Origin: a virus
Lineage: Duplodnaviria; Caudoviricetes
Strand: one strand, 5' to 3'
Virus record (IMG/VR): IMGVR_UViG_3300037424_001259
Coordinates: 1-56,843 of that record
DNA: 56,843 nucleotides
Shown one piece after another: positions 7,472-16,896 of this stretch. The position numbers and the translations under genes are program-made. Under the pieces are notes generated by a model. It saw only the letters and a program-made list of their open reading frames with translations. It had not been told where the DNA came from and did not search any database. The first letter of the stretch is position 1; each line of letters begins with the position of its first letter.

Positions 7472-9385
7472 ATGGAAACCGAAGACGCCGTAGATCCTGC
7501 GATCGCGCTTGCTGAGGCGGAGGCTCTCGCTGCGGAACACGCGGCAAGGAAGCAAGCCTCGAGCGCGAAGTTCGAGCTATGGCGGGCGAAGTTTGAGGAG
7601 TACGCGCGGGACAACCTGAAGGTTGAAGACCCGGACCGTGGGCTCGTTTCGTTCGAGATAACAGATATTCAAAGAACATTTATCGAGATCATCAAAGACA
7701 TCAAGAAGCGCGGCCGGCGCGTTCGGGTGATGGTCGGCAAGGCGCGACGAGTAAGGATATCTACTCTCGTCGCAGGAAGATTCTTTTGGAAGACAACGCT
7801 GAATAAAAACAGACGCAGCCTCATCGTGACCCATGAACCATCCGCCACGGAAACGCTCTTCGACATGCACAAGAGGTTCTATCGTCATCTCCCAAAGAAC
7901 ATGACGCCGCAGCGAAGACTGAACAACAGAACTGTTCTTGACTTCAATAGGCCGGACGGGAGAAAGGGCGGACTCGACAGTTCTGTGCGCGTTGGGACTG
8001 CTGGTAAAGAGAATTTTGCATCGTCGACGCTTGTCCACTATTTGCACCTTTCTGAGGAAAGTAAGTGGCCGGAACATACTGCAGAGAAACTTTTGAACTC
8101 TCTTTTGCAGTGCGTCCCTGACGATCCGGATAGCGAGGTCATCGAAGAGTCAACGGCATTTGGCCCGGGCGGTGTGTTCTACAAAAGGTACAACGCGGCG
8201 CGGTACGTTTACAGAGTCTTCCTTGACGAGAACGGGGAAATAGCATTTCGCCAAGAAATCAACGAAAGCGCCGACCCGTCGAACATATATTCAAGAATGT
8301 TCTTCCCTTTCTTTGTGTTCAAGGACTACAGAATGCCGCTGGCTCAATGGGAGCGCGAAACTGGGACGCCATTTGTTCTGAACGAAAAAGAAGAGAACTT
8401 CATAAAAATCTACCTCAGTGGGTTGCGTCCTGAAATCGCCAAGCAAGTCATGGCGTGGCGGCGCTGGACGATCGAGCAGAAAATGAATCCGCAGGACGGG
8501 AAGACAAAGGAGCAGATGTTTTCTCAAGAATATCCTGAGTCAGAGGAGTCAATGTGGGTCGGTAGCGGATCTACGGCATTCGACAATCCGAAGATTCTGC
8601 TCCTCAACGCAGCAGCTCCGAAACCGATCGCGACCTACGAAATAAACGAACGAACAGGGCAGGCGCTTTACCATCCAGAAGGAAGACTGTGGGTTTGGGA
8701 TGAGCCAAAGCCGGGAGAGGCTTACGTAGTAGTCGGCGACCCTTCGGCGGGGAAAGAGAACGACGACGACGGGCCTGATGTTGAGAAAGGGTCTGACCCA
8801 AGTGCCATAGATGTGTTTCACCAACTATCAGGAATGCAGTGCGCTCAGTGGCTTGGGAGACTCGAGCCGGACTTATTTGGGATGCTGATGGTTGCGCTGG
8901 GGAACAGATATTGTGGCGCCTGGCTTTGTCCAGAATCAAATAATCACGGAAATACGGTCATTGCGCAAATACGCCGCATGGGATACCGCAAGCTATACAT
9001 GGAGAGATCAATTGATCATTTGAACAAACCAGTGAAAAGGTTTGGTTTCAATACAGGAGGGCACAGGACCGCCGACGGCAAGGTTGGTGGGTCCAGAGTC
9101 ATCTTGATCGACAACATCGCGGCCGCGCTGAGAGATAACCGCCTTGGAGTCCGAAGCACAAGAACGTACGATCAGATGTTGTCATTTTCAAAAGACTCAA
9201 AGGGTAGGTATTCTGCTGTTCACGGTAAGCACGACGAGACAATTTTTACGCTTGGAATTTTCTTGACAATACAGAAACTACTTCCGCTTCCTTCGTCACA
9301 GCCACAAAGAGAGTTGCCGATCACTGGAAACAGCAAGGGGCTTTCTGGCAACACTGGTTCTATCCGTGGCGGCTTTATTCTGTGA
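7472..9385 (+). CDS. terL: Terminase large subunit
   Basis: ATPase motifs GKARRVRIST and LHLSEESKW, coupling motif ESTA, F.QEYP, and RNase H-like nuclease motifs VVVGDP and PESNNHG; lies upstream of the portal. Confidence 0.9.
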   Translation: METEDAVDPAIALAEAEALAAEHAARKQASSAKFELWRAKFEEYARDNLKVEDPDRGLVSFEITDIQRTFIEIIKDIKKRGRRVRVMVGKARRVRISTLVAGRFFWKTTLNKNRRSLIVTHEPSATETLFDMHKRFYRHLPKNMTPQRRLNNRTVLDFNRPDGRKGGLDSSVRVGTAGKENFASSTLVHYLHLSEESKWPEHTAEKLLNSLLQCVPDDPDSEVIEESTAFGPGGVFYKRYNAARYVYRVFLDENGEIAFRQEINESADPSNIYSRMFFPFFVFKDYRMPLAQWERETGTPFVLNEKEENFIKIYLSGLRPEIAKQVMAWRRWTIEQKMNPQDGKTKEQMFSQEYPESEESMWVGSGSTAFDNPKILLLNAAAPKPIATYEINERTGQALYHPEGRLWVWDEPKPGEAYVVVGDPSAGKENDDDGPDVEKGSDPSAIDVFHQLSGMQCAQWLGRLEPDLFGMLMVALGNRYCGAWLCPESNNHGNTVIAQIRRMGYRKLYMERSIDHLNKPVKRFGFNTGGHRTADGKVGGSRVILIDNIAAALRDNRLGVRSTRTYDQMLSFSKDSKGRYSAVHGKHDETIFTLGIFLTIQKLLPLPSSQPQRELPITGNSKGLSGNTGSIRGGFIL

Positions 9386-9532
9386 CTTTTTCGTTTTCTT
9401 TCTAAAAGCCCCAGCGGCCCACTGGCTGTTTGTTATTTTTCTGTGGCATCCTTTGCATAGGGCCATTCCATTGCTAACATCAAACCTTAACTCTGGATGA
9501 TCGTGGTATGTTTTTACATGATGAGCCTCTAG
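9296..9532 (-). pseudogene. C-terminal half of an HNH endonuclease (no start codon)
   Basis: Minus frame reads LEAHHVKTYHDHPELRFDVSNGMALCKGCHRK...; not in the supplied ORF track. Confidence 0.7.
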
Positions 9533-9831
9533 GCGCGCCGAAAATCGTCGGTAATATAAGGTGTTAGATTGGCGGCAAGCAAGAAACGTGGCAATTGCGG
9601 CGCGCCGACAATTGGCGCTCCTCCTGTAGTGCGAGACAGTCCAACAGAAGCAAAAAGCGTGCGCTGTGAAATTACTCGGACTCCATCTTCAAGAACGGCG
9701 CAGTCTAAGACAGCAGCTCCGATCTTTAATTCTCCGGTATGTGTTGCTCGGGGAAGTACAGTCCTTTCCCCTCCGTCCTTATTCCATCTTGCCGCAGCCG
9801 CTAGGCTTGCCAGTGCAAGCATATTCTCCAA
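9529..9831 (-). pseudogene. Truncated P63C-type (antirepressor-like) protein N-terminal part
   Basis: AAAARW...LPRATHTGELKIG...DCAVLEDGVRVISQR...LPRFL.A.NL.PYI, then a premature stop. Confidence 0.7.
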
Positions 9832-9949
9832 TCGGATCTTGCAAAGCTTCTCTGGAAGAACTATATAAAGGAGTGATGAACAACACCCCCCTGCTTGCTA
9901 AAGAGCCGTTGAAGCACTTGGCGAGCAATAGCGACAAAGGAGACCAGAG

Positions 9950-10150
9950 ATGAACGTCGGTTCTTTTGTCCTTATTAATGACGGGAAGACTTACGGTGGA
10001 AAGTACGTTGCAACCAAGTCGTTCACCGACAAGGAGGTCGTGGCATCGGGCGACACTCCCGTGGCAGTGCGCGATAAAGCAGCAAGTCTAGGCTTCTCGT
10101 CTCCCGTGATCTTCTTTATTCCTCAGGCAGGGACGGTTAGCGTTTACTGA
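9950..10150 (+). CDS. DUF5678-like small protein
   Basis: YGGKYVA.....EVVASG.....V...A...G...PVIFFIP pattern. Confidence 0.7.
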   Translation: MNVGSFVLINDGKTYGGKYVATKSFTDKEVVASGDTPVAVRDKAASLGFSSPVIFFIPQAGTVSVY

Positions 10151-10572
10151 TGCCGCTTCTCGATATCCCGTTTGCTACTGTTAGGAACGGGCAAGCATAT
10201 CCCCTGCTGCCAATCCATATCGGAAACCCAGCCACTGGACAGTCGATTTCAACCTGGGGAATTATAGACACCGGCGCTGACGAATGCGCTGTTCCTGCTG
10301 GGTACGCACCGTTATTGGGGCACAACCTTCTCGCGGGACAAACAAAAGATATCACAACTGGAAATGGAGTTACGGCAGCCTACGCACACACATCAGTCAT
10401 TGAAATCATCCATCCCGCTACGGGAGTTGTCGCGTATACCGTTCCCCAAACACCGATCGACTTCCTGCCGAACCTGCATATAGTGCTGTTGGGAGTCAAA
10501 AGCTTCTTGAGCCAATTTCTCCTAAGGATAGATTATCCTCGACAGGTCTTTTCTATCAAGAAGCCGTCCTAA
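10150..10572 (+). CDS. Retropepsin-like (clan AA) aspartyl protease
   Basis: Catalytic IIDTGAD and C-terminal LLGVKSFL..F.LRIDY; TGATG coupling to the DUF5678 gene. Confidence 0.85.
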   Translation: MPLLDIPFATVRNGQAYPLLPIHIGNPATGQSISTWGIIDTGADECAVPAGYAPLLGHNLLAGQTKDITTGNGVTAAYAHTSVIEIIHPATGVVAYTVPQTPIDFLPNLHIVLLGVKSFLSQFLLRIDYPRQVFSIKKPS

Positions 10573-10817
10573 TCCCTAATAGAACTTGACCATCTTGCTT
10601 TCGCAGCTTTCTTTGCTATCTCGCTTCGCTTCTTGGCTGTCAGCTTTTCAGCCCTCGCCTTCCCGCCCTTTAGTCCCCCGAGCCTGCCAAGGGCTACGGC
10701 GGCTGGGTTCTTCTCTGGCTTGGTGGTAGTTGCAGTCTCTCCCGTCGCTCGTGCCACGATAGACGCAGCGATAAGGTTGATGTCGGCTATGTTTCTCTTG
10801 CTTGATCGCTTTAGCAT
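10569..10817 (-). CDS. Small basic KGG-motif protein typical of IS-associated passenger genes
   Basis: KNPAAVALGRLGGLKGGKARAEKLT..KRSEIAKKAAKARW. Confidence 0.8.
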   Translation of the reverse strand: MLKRSSKRNIADINLIAASIVARATGETATTTKPEKNPAAVALGRLGGLKGGKARAEKLTAKKRSEIAKKAAKARWSSSIRD

Positions 10818-10863
10818 GCCCTAACAATAGGGCGATGCGTCCCCGGCGTCAAGGGGCGGGCGA

Positions 10864-10882
10864 TTCAAACTGACCCACTACC
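10864..10882 (-). mobile_element. Probable terminal inverted repeat of an IS1-family element (solo end)
   Basis: Minus strand GGTAGTGGGTCAGTTTGAA resembles IS1-family ends (recalled, not searched). No transposase or matching second end was found. Confidence 0.45.
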
Positions 10883-10897
10883 CCAAAAACTATTCCC

Positions 10898-10926
10898 TTG
10901 ACAAACCCCTCGCCTTGCCCTATCCC
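10898..10926 (+). promoter_or_regulatory. Possible sigma70 promoter upstream of the portal
   Basis: Perfect TTGACA, 17 bp spacer, weak -10 (TATCCC). Confidence 0.3.
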
Positions 10927-10992
10927 TCATTTCAGGAATGTTACTTTAAGTAACATGGCTGGCCTGAATCAAAGAGGGAGGGCGCGTCTACT

Positions 10993-13119
10993 GTGGCAAC
11001 TGCACTCCAGCTTGAAGAGCCGCGGGTTGGGTATCAGCCGCCTCCCATCCCAGGATGGCCCGCCGGAGCGGACCCCGAAGCGCAGTCGATCGAAGCGCTA
11101 CCGAAACACATCCCCCTCCTAGCCGGACACATTCGTACGCTCTTCGAGACCTGGAAGACAGCCAGGGCGCTCCCAGAGCAGCGGATGCTCAGAAATATCC
11201 GCATGAAGAACTCCGAGTACGAGCCCGCCAAGTACGCCGCGATCGTCGAACTCATGGGTCCTATGGCGACCCCGCCCTTCATGAAAATCTGCGAAGCGAA
11301 GACCGATGCCGTCTACGGATGGCTCATTGATGCCATTCTCCCTCCGGGAGTCTTCCCTGCCAACATCGAGCCGACGCCGATGCCTGACCTCCCAGACTAC
11401 CTTGTGACCGAGATCGAGTCTGAGGTCATGAACGAGGTTGCCCGCCGCGTCGAGATGGCCTACGCGCAAGGGATGACCCTCAACGCCTCAACCGTCCGTG
11501 CCGCTCGCGACGAGATGATGAAGCAGGCGCGGAAGGAGATGAAGATCAAGATCCTTGAGCACGCCAAGGAGGCTGCCAAGGAGATGTTCCTCAAGATCCA
11601 GGACCAGTTCGCCGAGGGTGATTGGGAGAAAGCCTTCCGGGCCGCCCTGCACGACCTTGTGGATGTAGGGACCGCCATTATGTCAGGTCCGGTCCTGCGC
11701 ACGGTTGGGATGCACCGGCGCGAGCTGAACATGCTCGCCGGCCGCTGGGAAGAAAAGTGGGTCGAGGAGACGATCCCGCAGTTCGATCGCTACGTTCCGC
11801 TCCGCTTCTACCCAAGTTCAGACGCTACCCGCGACAGCTTGCCCGGAAGCATCTACATCGACGCGATGACGAGGATGAACCTCTCGGACCTCCTTGGCGT
11901 CGACGGTTACGACGAGGCCGCCATTCGGAAGGTATTGCGCGAGCACAAGCATGGCTTCAGAGAGAACACGCTCATCGAACAGCAGAAGGCCGAACTCGAG
12001 GAGAAATCGAACATCTACGATACCGAACTGATCGACTGCCTCCGCTTCAAAGGGTCCATTTCGGGGAGCCTGCTGATCGAGTACGGCGTCGACGACATGG
12101 GCGAGCTGGATCCCGAGCGCGAATACGAGTGCCTCATTTGGCAGATCGGAAGCGACATCATCAAGGCGCTGCTGAACCCCCAGACGGTCGGGCTAAACCA
12201 TATTTTCAGTGCGGCTTTTTCTGAGAGGCCCGATTCCTTCTGGGGAGTCGGCGTCCCCGAGAAGATGGAGCACTCCGTCAACATTGCCAACATGGCCGCA
12301 GTTCACATCGTCATGAACGCTGCGATGGGCTCAGGACCGATGGCTGAGTTCAACAGCGACCGCGTGGGCGGCCAGAACATGCAGATCCGGCCATGGGCTA
12401 CCTTCCCGGCGACGAACGCTCAGATGATGGAGTCTAAGGCAATTCAGTTCTACCAGACCCAGATGGTCACTGACAAGCTCACCGCCCTGTTCGAGTGGGC
12501 CATGAACCTCGCGGACCACGAGACGAACTTTCCGAGAATCCTTTATGCCGGGACAGCGTCGACGCCAACCGCCAGCGCGTCGGCCATGGCGGCTTCCCAG
12601 GCCAGTAAAGGCGCGATGTCCATCGTGAGGAATATTGACATCGGCCTCATCATCCCGAGCGTCCAAAAAATGTTCCGGTTCAACATGCAGTACGGTGACA
12701 ACCCAGACATCATCGGCGATTTGCGGATAGTTGCTCGAGCATCTGGCGCCCAGGTCGCGAAGGAACAGAAGATCATTCGTCTCAAGGAAACCCTCGTCGA
12801 ATCGAACAACCCGAACGACATCAACGTCATTACGATTCCGATCCGGGCGAAACTCTGGAAGATTCTGCTGACCGAAGAGGGTATCGACTCGTCGGTCATG
12901 GGGATGGACGACGAGATCGAACGGCGAGCCGAGCAGATACAAATGCAGATGCAAAATCAACAGATGATGATGCAGGCCGGCCCGACCGCGGCGATCGGTG
13001 CCGACGGTGGGGCTTCATTTCGCCAGCCGCCGGCCGCCAGGATGATGGATGACAGCGGGCAGCTTGTAGCCGGCCGTGACAGCCAGCTATTTCAGAGCGA
13101 AGCGGGGATGACGCCATGA
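10993..13119 (+). CDS. Portal protein
   Basis: 708 aa after terL; FWGVGVPE motif, T..TAS...M segment and Q/M-rich C-terminal barrel as in P22-like portals. Confidence 0.85.
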   Translation: MATALQLEEPRVGYQPPPIPGWPAGADPEAQSIEALPKHIPLLAGHIRTLFETWKTARALPEQRMLRNIRMKNSEYEPAKYAAIVELMGPMATPPFMKICEAKTDAVYGWLIDAILPPGVFPANIEPTPMPDLPDYLVTEIESEVMNEVARRVEMAYAQGMTLNASTVRAARDEMMKQARKEMKIKILEHAKEAAKEMFLKIQDQFAEGDWEKAFRAALHDLVDVGTAIMSGPVLRTVGMHRRELNMLAGRWEEKWVEETIPQFDRYVPLRFYPSSDATRDSLPGSIYIDAMTRMNLSDLLGVDGYDEAAIRKVLREHKHGFRENTLIEQQKAELEEKSNIYDTELIDCLRFKGSISGSLLIEYGVDDMGELDPEREYECLIWQIGSDIIKALLNPQTVGLNHIFSAAFSERPDSFWGVGVPEKMEHSVNIANMAAVHIVMNAAMGSGPMAEFNSDRVGGQNMQIRPWATFPATNAQMMESKAIQFYQTQMVTDKLTALFEWAMNLADHETNFPRILYAGTASTPTASASAMAASQASKGAMSIVRNIDIGLIIPSVQKMFRFNMQYGDNPDIIGDLRIVARASGAQVAKEQKIIRLKETLVESNNPNDINVITIPIRAKLWKILLTEEGIDSSVMGMDDEIERRAEQIQMQMQNQQMMMQAGPTAAIGADGGASFRQPPAARMMDDSGQLVAGRDSQLFQSEAGMTP

Positions 13120-13388
13120 GCCTGCCCCTCACGCCCACAAAAGAGATCCTCGAGGTCATGCTTTCGCTCGAGCATCACGGCGCTTTCATCAAGTTCCTGG
13201 ACTTTCTCAAGAAGCGTGCGGAGGGGATTGGCGTTGACTTCGCCCTCATCCGAGACGAAGCGGAGTTGCGCCAGGTGCAAGGTCAGGCGTTTGAAATCCA
13301 CGAGATCCTTCACCTGTTCCACAAGCGAAGCGAAGCATTCGCCCGGATCACCGCTGTCCACGAAGACAAGGGAAGGGTGGTCCTCTGA
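13116..13388 (+). CDS. Small post-portal head protein
   Basis: ELRQVQGQA motif; conserved position after the portal. Confidence 0.65.
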   Translation: MSLPLTPTKEILEVMLSLEHHGAFIKFLDFLKKRAEGIGVDFALIRDEAELRQVQGQAFEIHEILHLFHKRSEAFARITAVHEDKGRVVL

Positions 13389-13636
13389 TGACGCTTGAAG
13401 ACGACGAGAAGGTTGAAATTGAACGCCGTGCCGTAGAGCACGGTGAGGCGCGAGCGAAGTTCAAGCAACTCGAACTCGAGCACGTCGAAATCCTGAAGTT
13501 CGTGCGCGACTACCGGGTAGTCCTCGATAAGATTTATGCCAGCAAAATGACCGAGATCATTGTCAACACCGTACTCAAGGTCGTCCTGCTGGCGGTACTT
13601 GCCGGCGGGTTGGCGCTCGTGGTGAGGAAGCCATGA
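13388..13636 (+). CDS. Coiled-coil protein with C-terminal TM helix (holin-like)
   Basis: Hydrophobic C-terminus VVLLAVLAGGLALVV. Confidence 0.55.
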   Translation: MTLEDDEKVEIERRAVEHGEARAKFKQLELEHVEILKFVRDYRVVLDKIYASKMTEIIVNTVLKVVLLAVLAGGLALVVRKP

Positions 13637-14181
13637 ACGGCGATCGTCGCTGGCCTCTGTTTCCGGTGGCTGCGCTTTGCGTCATCGTCGCGGCAGGGTT
13701 GCTTTGTGGGTACTGGTGGTTTTTCCCAAAGCAGGTTGTCACCATTGTAAATCCAACGAGGATACAAACGCACAAAAAGACGTACGGCAGGGGCGAGCAG
13801 ATTGTATATATGGTCAACTACTGCAAAACCCGCGAAGTGGTCGGCAGGATGACACGTTCGCTTGTCAACGGAATCGAGATTCCTTTCGCGCCAATCGGCA
13901 TAGATTTACAGATCGGGTGTAAGAAGGTGCTTTTCTACGACCTTAAAGTCCCGGATTTCATGCCACCCGGGACGCATCATATCGCTGGAATATTGGAGTA
14001 CCCGGCGAATCCGCTTCAAAAAAGTCGCAGTGAATGGCGCACGGAAGACTTTGAGGTCGTGGATTCACCGACCGGGCCGAACGAGGAAATAAAGGACCTG
14101 CGCCGCGAGATTGAGATTAACCGCGCAGCGATCGAGAAGCACCACGCAGAGGATAAGGCGTGGCAGCGGAGGCATGAATGA
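13633..14181 (+). CDS. Membrane-anchored hypothetical protein
   Basis: N-terminal TM helix followed by a beta-rich domain with YCK. Confidence 0.6.
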   Translation: MNGDRRWPLFPVAALCVIVAAGLLCGYWWFFPKQVVTIVNPTRIQTHKKTYGRGEQIVYMVNYCKTREVVGRMTRSLVNGIEIPFAPIGIDLQIGCKKVLFYDLKVPDFMPPGTHHIAGILEYPANPLQKSRSEWRTEDFEVVDSPTGPNEEIKDLRREIEINRAAIEKHHAEDKAWQRRHE

Positions 14182-14307
14182 ACACGACCGAACCGCACAA
14201 GACACGCCTTGGCAGGGCATCTTGTGCGTTAAATATGCTGGAATCCTGGCGGCAGATCCAGCGCATCGCGAATCCGGCCATAGCGCCGATCGCACGAAGG
14301 AGATGTG

Positions 14308-15474
14308 ATGACGACCCAGATTGACACCAGAGTTCCGGAGCAGTTTCGCACGGCCCTCCTCGCTCGCGAGAAGGAAACTGCTGTGCCCGCAGAACCCCTC
14401 GCCACCGTGACGCCTGCATTGGATCCCAGCCAGGATTCTGCAGCGGCCGGATCGGCGCCGCCCGCAGCGGATGGGGCAGTTGCAGTCGGCTCCGAACCGG
14501 TCGAAGTAGAAGGCGCCGTTGCAGTTGCAGGAGAGCCCGCCACTGGCGCGGCACCTGCCCCTGCTACAGCAGCCATCGCTTCGCCCGACAATACGGACCC
14601 TGCGTGGGATCCGAAGTTCCTCGTCGATCCGGAGATGTCGAAAGAAAAGCGCTGGAAGGTTGTCTCGGGGATGGTCAGCAAGGAGGCCAGAAAGCGAATC
14701 GACGCCGAAAGCCGCGTTGCAGAACTCGAACGCCAGGTTGAAGAGCTTCGCACGTCTCGGCCGGCCGCCGCCCCTGTGGCTGCGACTGCCACGCCCGCCT
14801 CTGCCGGGCCAGAGAAAGCCGAGCGGATGCGTGTTCTTCAGGAAAAGCTCGCCGGCGGAGCCGGGGACTACCATAAGGACATTGTTGAACTCATCGAACT
14901 GATGGGCTTCGTCAAAACGTCCGACCTGGACCCCGTCCGTAAACAGGTTGAAACCATGGGTCAGGAGGTCGGGAAAGTTCAGAAGACGTTCCAGGCCACC
15001 ACCCGGGATGCATTCCTCGGCGACCTGAAGGACCTCGCTCCAGACTGGGAGGCGATCAATCTCACGCCAAAGTTCAAGGCTTTCCTGAAAACGCGGGTCC
15101 CCGGGACGCTCTTCACCTACGAAGAAGCGGCCTTGAGGGCCAACGACGCGGGGGATCCTCTTGCTCTGGCCGAGATTTTCAACATGGTCCCCCTCAACGA
15201 CGACTCTGCGGCACCAGTCACATCAAAGAAACCCCCGGCGAAATTTGCCTCTCCTCCGCGCACCTCGGCAGCGGCCCCGGTCGTGAAACCGGAAGCCGCG
15301 AAAGAGACCGTGAAGGAGAGCGACTACCTCAAGTTCACTGCCGACGTTCAGAGCGGGAAGTTCCAGAGCATGGACCCGGCCAAGAGTGCCGAGTTTCAAG
15401 CCAAAATGTTGAGCGAGAAGTCTCGGTTCCAGACCGCCCGTGCTGAAGGTCGGATGATTTTCAATCAGCCGTAA
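14308..15474 (+). CDS. Capsid scaffolding protein
   Basis: Ala/Pro-rich N-terminus, coiled coil, PDWEAIN..PKF..FL motif and C-terminal A.AEGR; lies directly before the capsid gene. Confidence 0.75.
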   Translation: MTTQIDTRVPEQFRTALLAREKETAVPAEPLATVTPALDPSQDSAAAGSAPPAADGAVAVGSEPVEVEGAVAVAGEPATGAAPAPATAAIASPDNTDPAWDPKFLVDPEMSKEKRWKVVSGMVSKEARKRIDAESRVAELERQVEELRTSRPAAAPVAATATPASAGPEKAERMRVLQEKLAGGAGDYHKDIVELIELMGFVKTSDLDPVRKQVETMGQEVGKVQKTFQATTRDAFLGDLKDLAPDWEAINLTPKFKAFLKTRVPGTLFTYEEAALRANDAGDPLALAEIFNMVPLNDDSAAPVTSKKPPAKFASPPRTSAAAPVVKPEAAKETVKESDYLKFTADVQSGKFQSMDPAKSAEFQAKMLSEKSRFQTARAEGRMIFNQP

Positions 15475-15492
15475 ACACAAGGAGATTTTCTC

Positions 15493-16434
15493 ATGGTATA
15501 CCCGGTTGCAGCGGGCCAGATCAACCTCGGAAGTGACGGCACCATTCAGTACAGTCCGGCAAGATACGCGCCGGATTTCGCTCTCGCGCTCTATCCGATG
15601 ATGTTCCTGTCGGAGATCGCGAACACGAATTTCCAGGGGACCCTGCGCGATTTTGGGGATAAGGTCATCATCCGCCGGCGTCCGACCGTCACGACCTTCC
15701 GTACCTCCAAGGGCATGAAGCTGCCCGTCCAAAAGCTCACCGGCCCCGCGGTTGTCGAGCTTTTGATCGACCAGGGCGTCGGCTTCAACGTCGCGCTCGA
15801 GAAGGTCGACGAGAAGCAGTCCGACCTGAACCTCTCTTCGGCGATCATGGAAGAGGCCGCGATCCAGACCAAGATCGACATCGAGACCGACTTCCTCGCG
15901 AACATCTACACCAGCGCCCACGCCGACAACATCGGCACGACCGCCGGCGCGAAGACCGGGAGCTACAACATCGGTGTCGCCGGTAATCCGGTTGCCGTGG
16001 ACCACACCAACGCCACGACCTACCTGCAGCGCTTCGCCGCCATCCTCTCGGAAGCGAACGTCAGCCCTATCGGCCGCTGGGCCGTGATCCCCAACTGGTA
16101 CGCCTACCTGCTCGGGCTCTCGGACCTCAAGAACGCCTCTCTTACCGGGGCCTCGGACAACGTGCTCCTGACCGGCCGCCTGCCGCAGAAGGTCGCGGGG
16201 TTCACGCTGTACGAGACCAACCTTTACACCCCCACGGACGACGGGCACCAGGCGTACCCGGTCACCTTCGGGCACAAGGACTTCATCACCTTCGCCAACC
16301 AGCTCAACGAGCTGGAGACCATTCCGAACCCGGAGAGCTTCGGGCGCCTGCTCCGCGGCCAGTCCATCTACGGCTACGAGGCGATCGTTCCCGAGGGCCT
16401 TGGCTACGGCTGGATGTACCAGAACGAGGCGTAA
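15493..16434 (+). CDS. Major capsid protein (HK97 fold, P22-coat-like)
   Basis: NTNFQG.L...GDKVII, LLIDQ, AGFTLYETN and FGRLLRGQSIYG motifs. Confidence 0.9.
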   Translation: MVYPVAAGQINLGSDGTIQYSPARYAPDFALALYPMMFLSEIANTNFQGTLRDFGDKVIIRRRPTVTTFRTSKGMKLPVQKLTGPAVVELLIDQGVGFNVALEKVDEKQSDLNLSSAIMEEAAIQTKIDIETDFLANIYTSAHADNIGTTAGAKTGSYNIGVAGNPVAVDHTNATTYLQRFAAILSEANVSPIGRWAVIPNWYAYLLGLSDLKNASLTGASDNVLLTGRLPQKVAGFTLYETNLYTPTDDGHQAYPVTFGHKDFITFANQLNELETIPNPESFGRLLRGQSIYGYEAIVPEGLGYGWMYQNEA

Positions 16435-16468
16435 GCCTCTCTATAACGAAAGGATGAGGTAACAGAAC

Positions 16469-16885
16469 ATGGCAACTGACCACACCACTTCTCAGAAGAA
16501 CGGCTCTTTCCTCGCCGGTCTTGTCCCTCTGGCAAACCGCGTCACGATCGCTGCTGGCGCAACCGGCACGTACCATCAGTTCCTCGATATCGTCAAGGGA
16601 GACACGGTCCTGGCGTTCGCCTGGAAGCTCATCCAGGGCGGGGACAAGGTCGCCACCATCCAGTTCGGCCTCGAGGGCGGGGATACCGACGGGTTCGCCG
16701 CCGACACGACCATCGCGCTGGCCGCGGAAGACGCGGTCACTCAGGGCGCTGGGGCGCTGCTCGGCACGGCGAACGTGGCGGCTGCGGCTGACACCATCGA
16801 CGGCCTGATCACGGTCGCCGCTGGCCCGATGACCGTTGATGTCATCATCGACGTTCAGGCCGTTGTCCTCCGCAACGAGATGTAA
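16469..16885 (+). CDS. Capsid decoration/cement-like protein
   Basis: Small beta-rich protein after the MCP with a GDTDGF motif. Confidence 0.6.
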   Translation: MATDHTTSQKNGSFLAGLVPLANRVTIAAGATGTYHQFLDIVKGDTVLAFAWKLIQGGDKVATIQFGLEGGDTDGFAADTTIALAAEDAVTQGAGALLGTANVAAAADTIDGLITVAAGPMTVDVIIDVQAVVLRNEM

Positions 16886-16896
16886 GGAGGAGGACC

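Noticed and set aside
9500-9560. Programmed -1 frameshift fusing P63C to HNH
   Set aside because: There is no canonical slippery heptamer and both parts are incomplete domains; a deletion junction is simpler.
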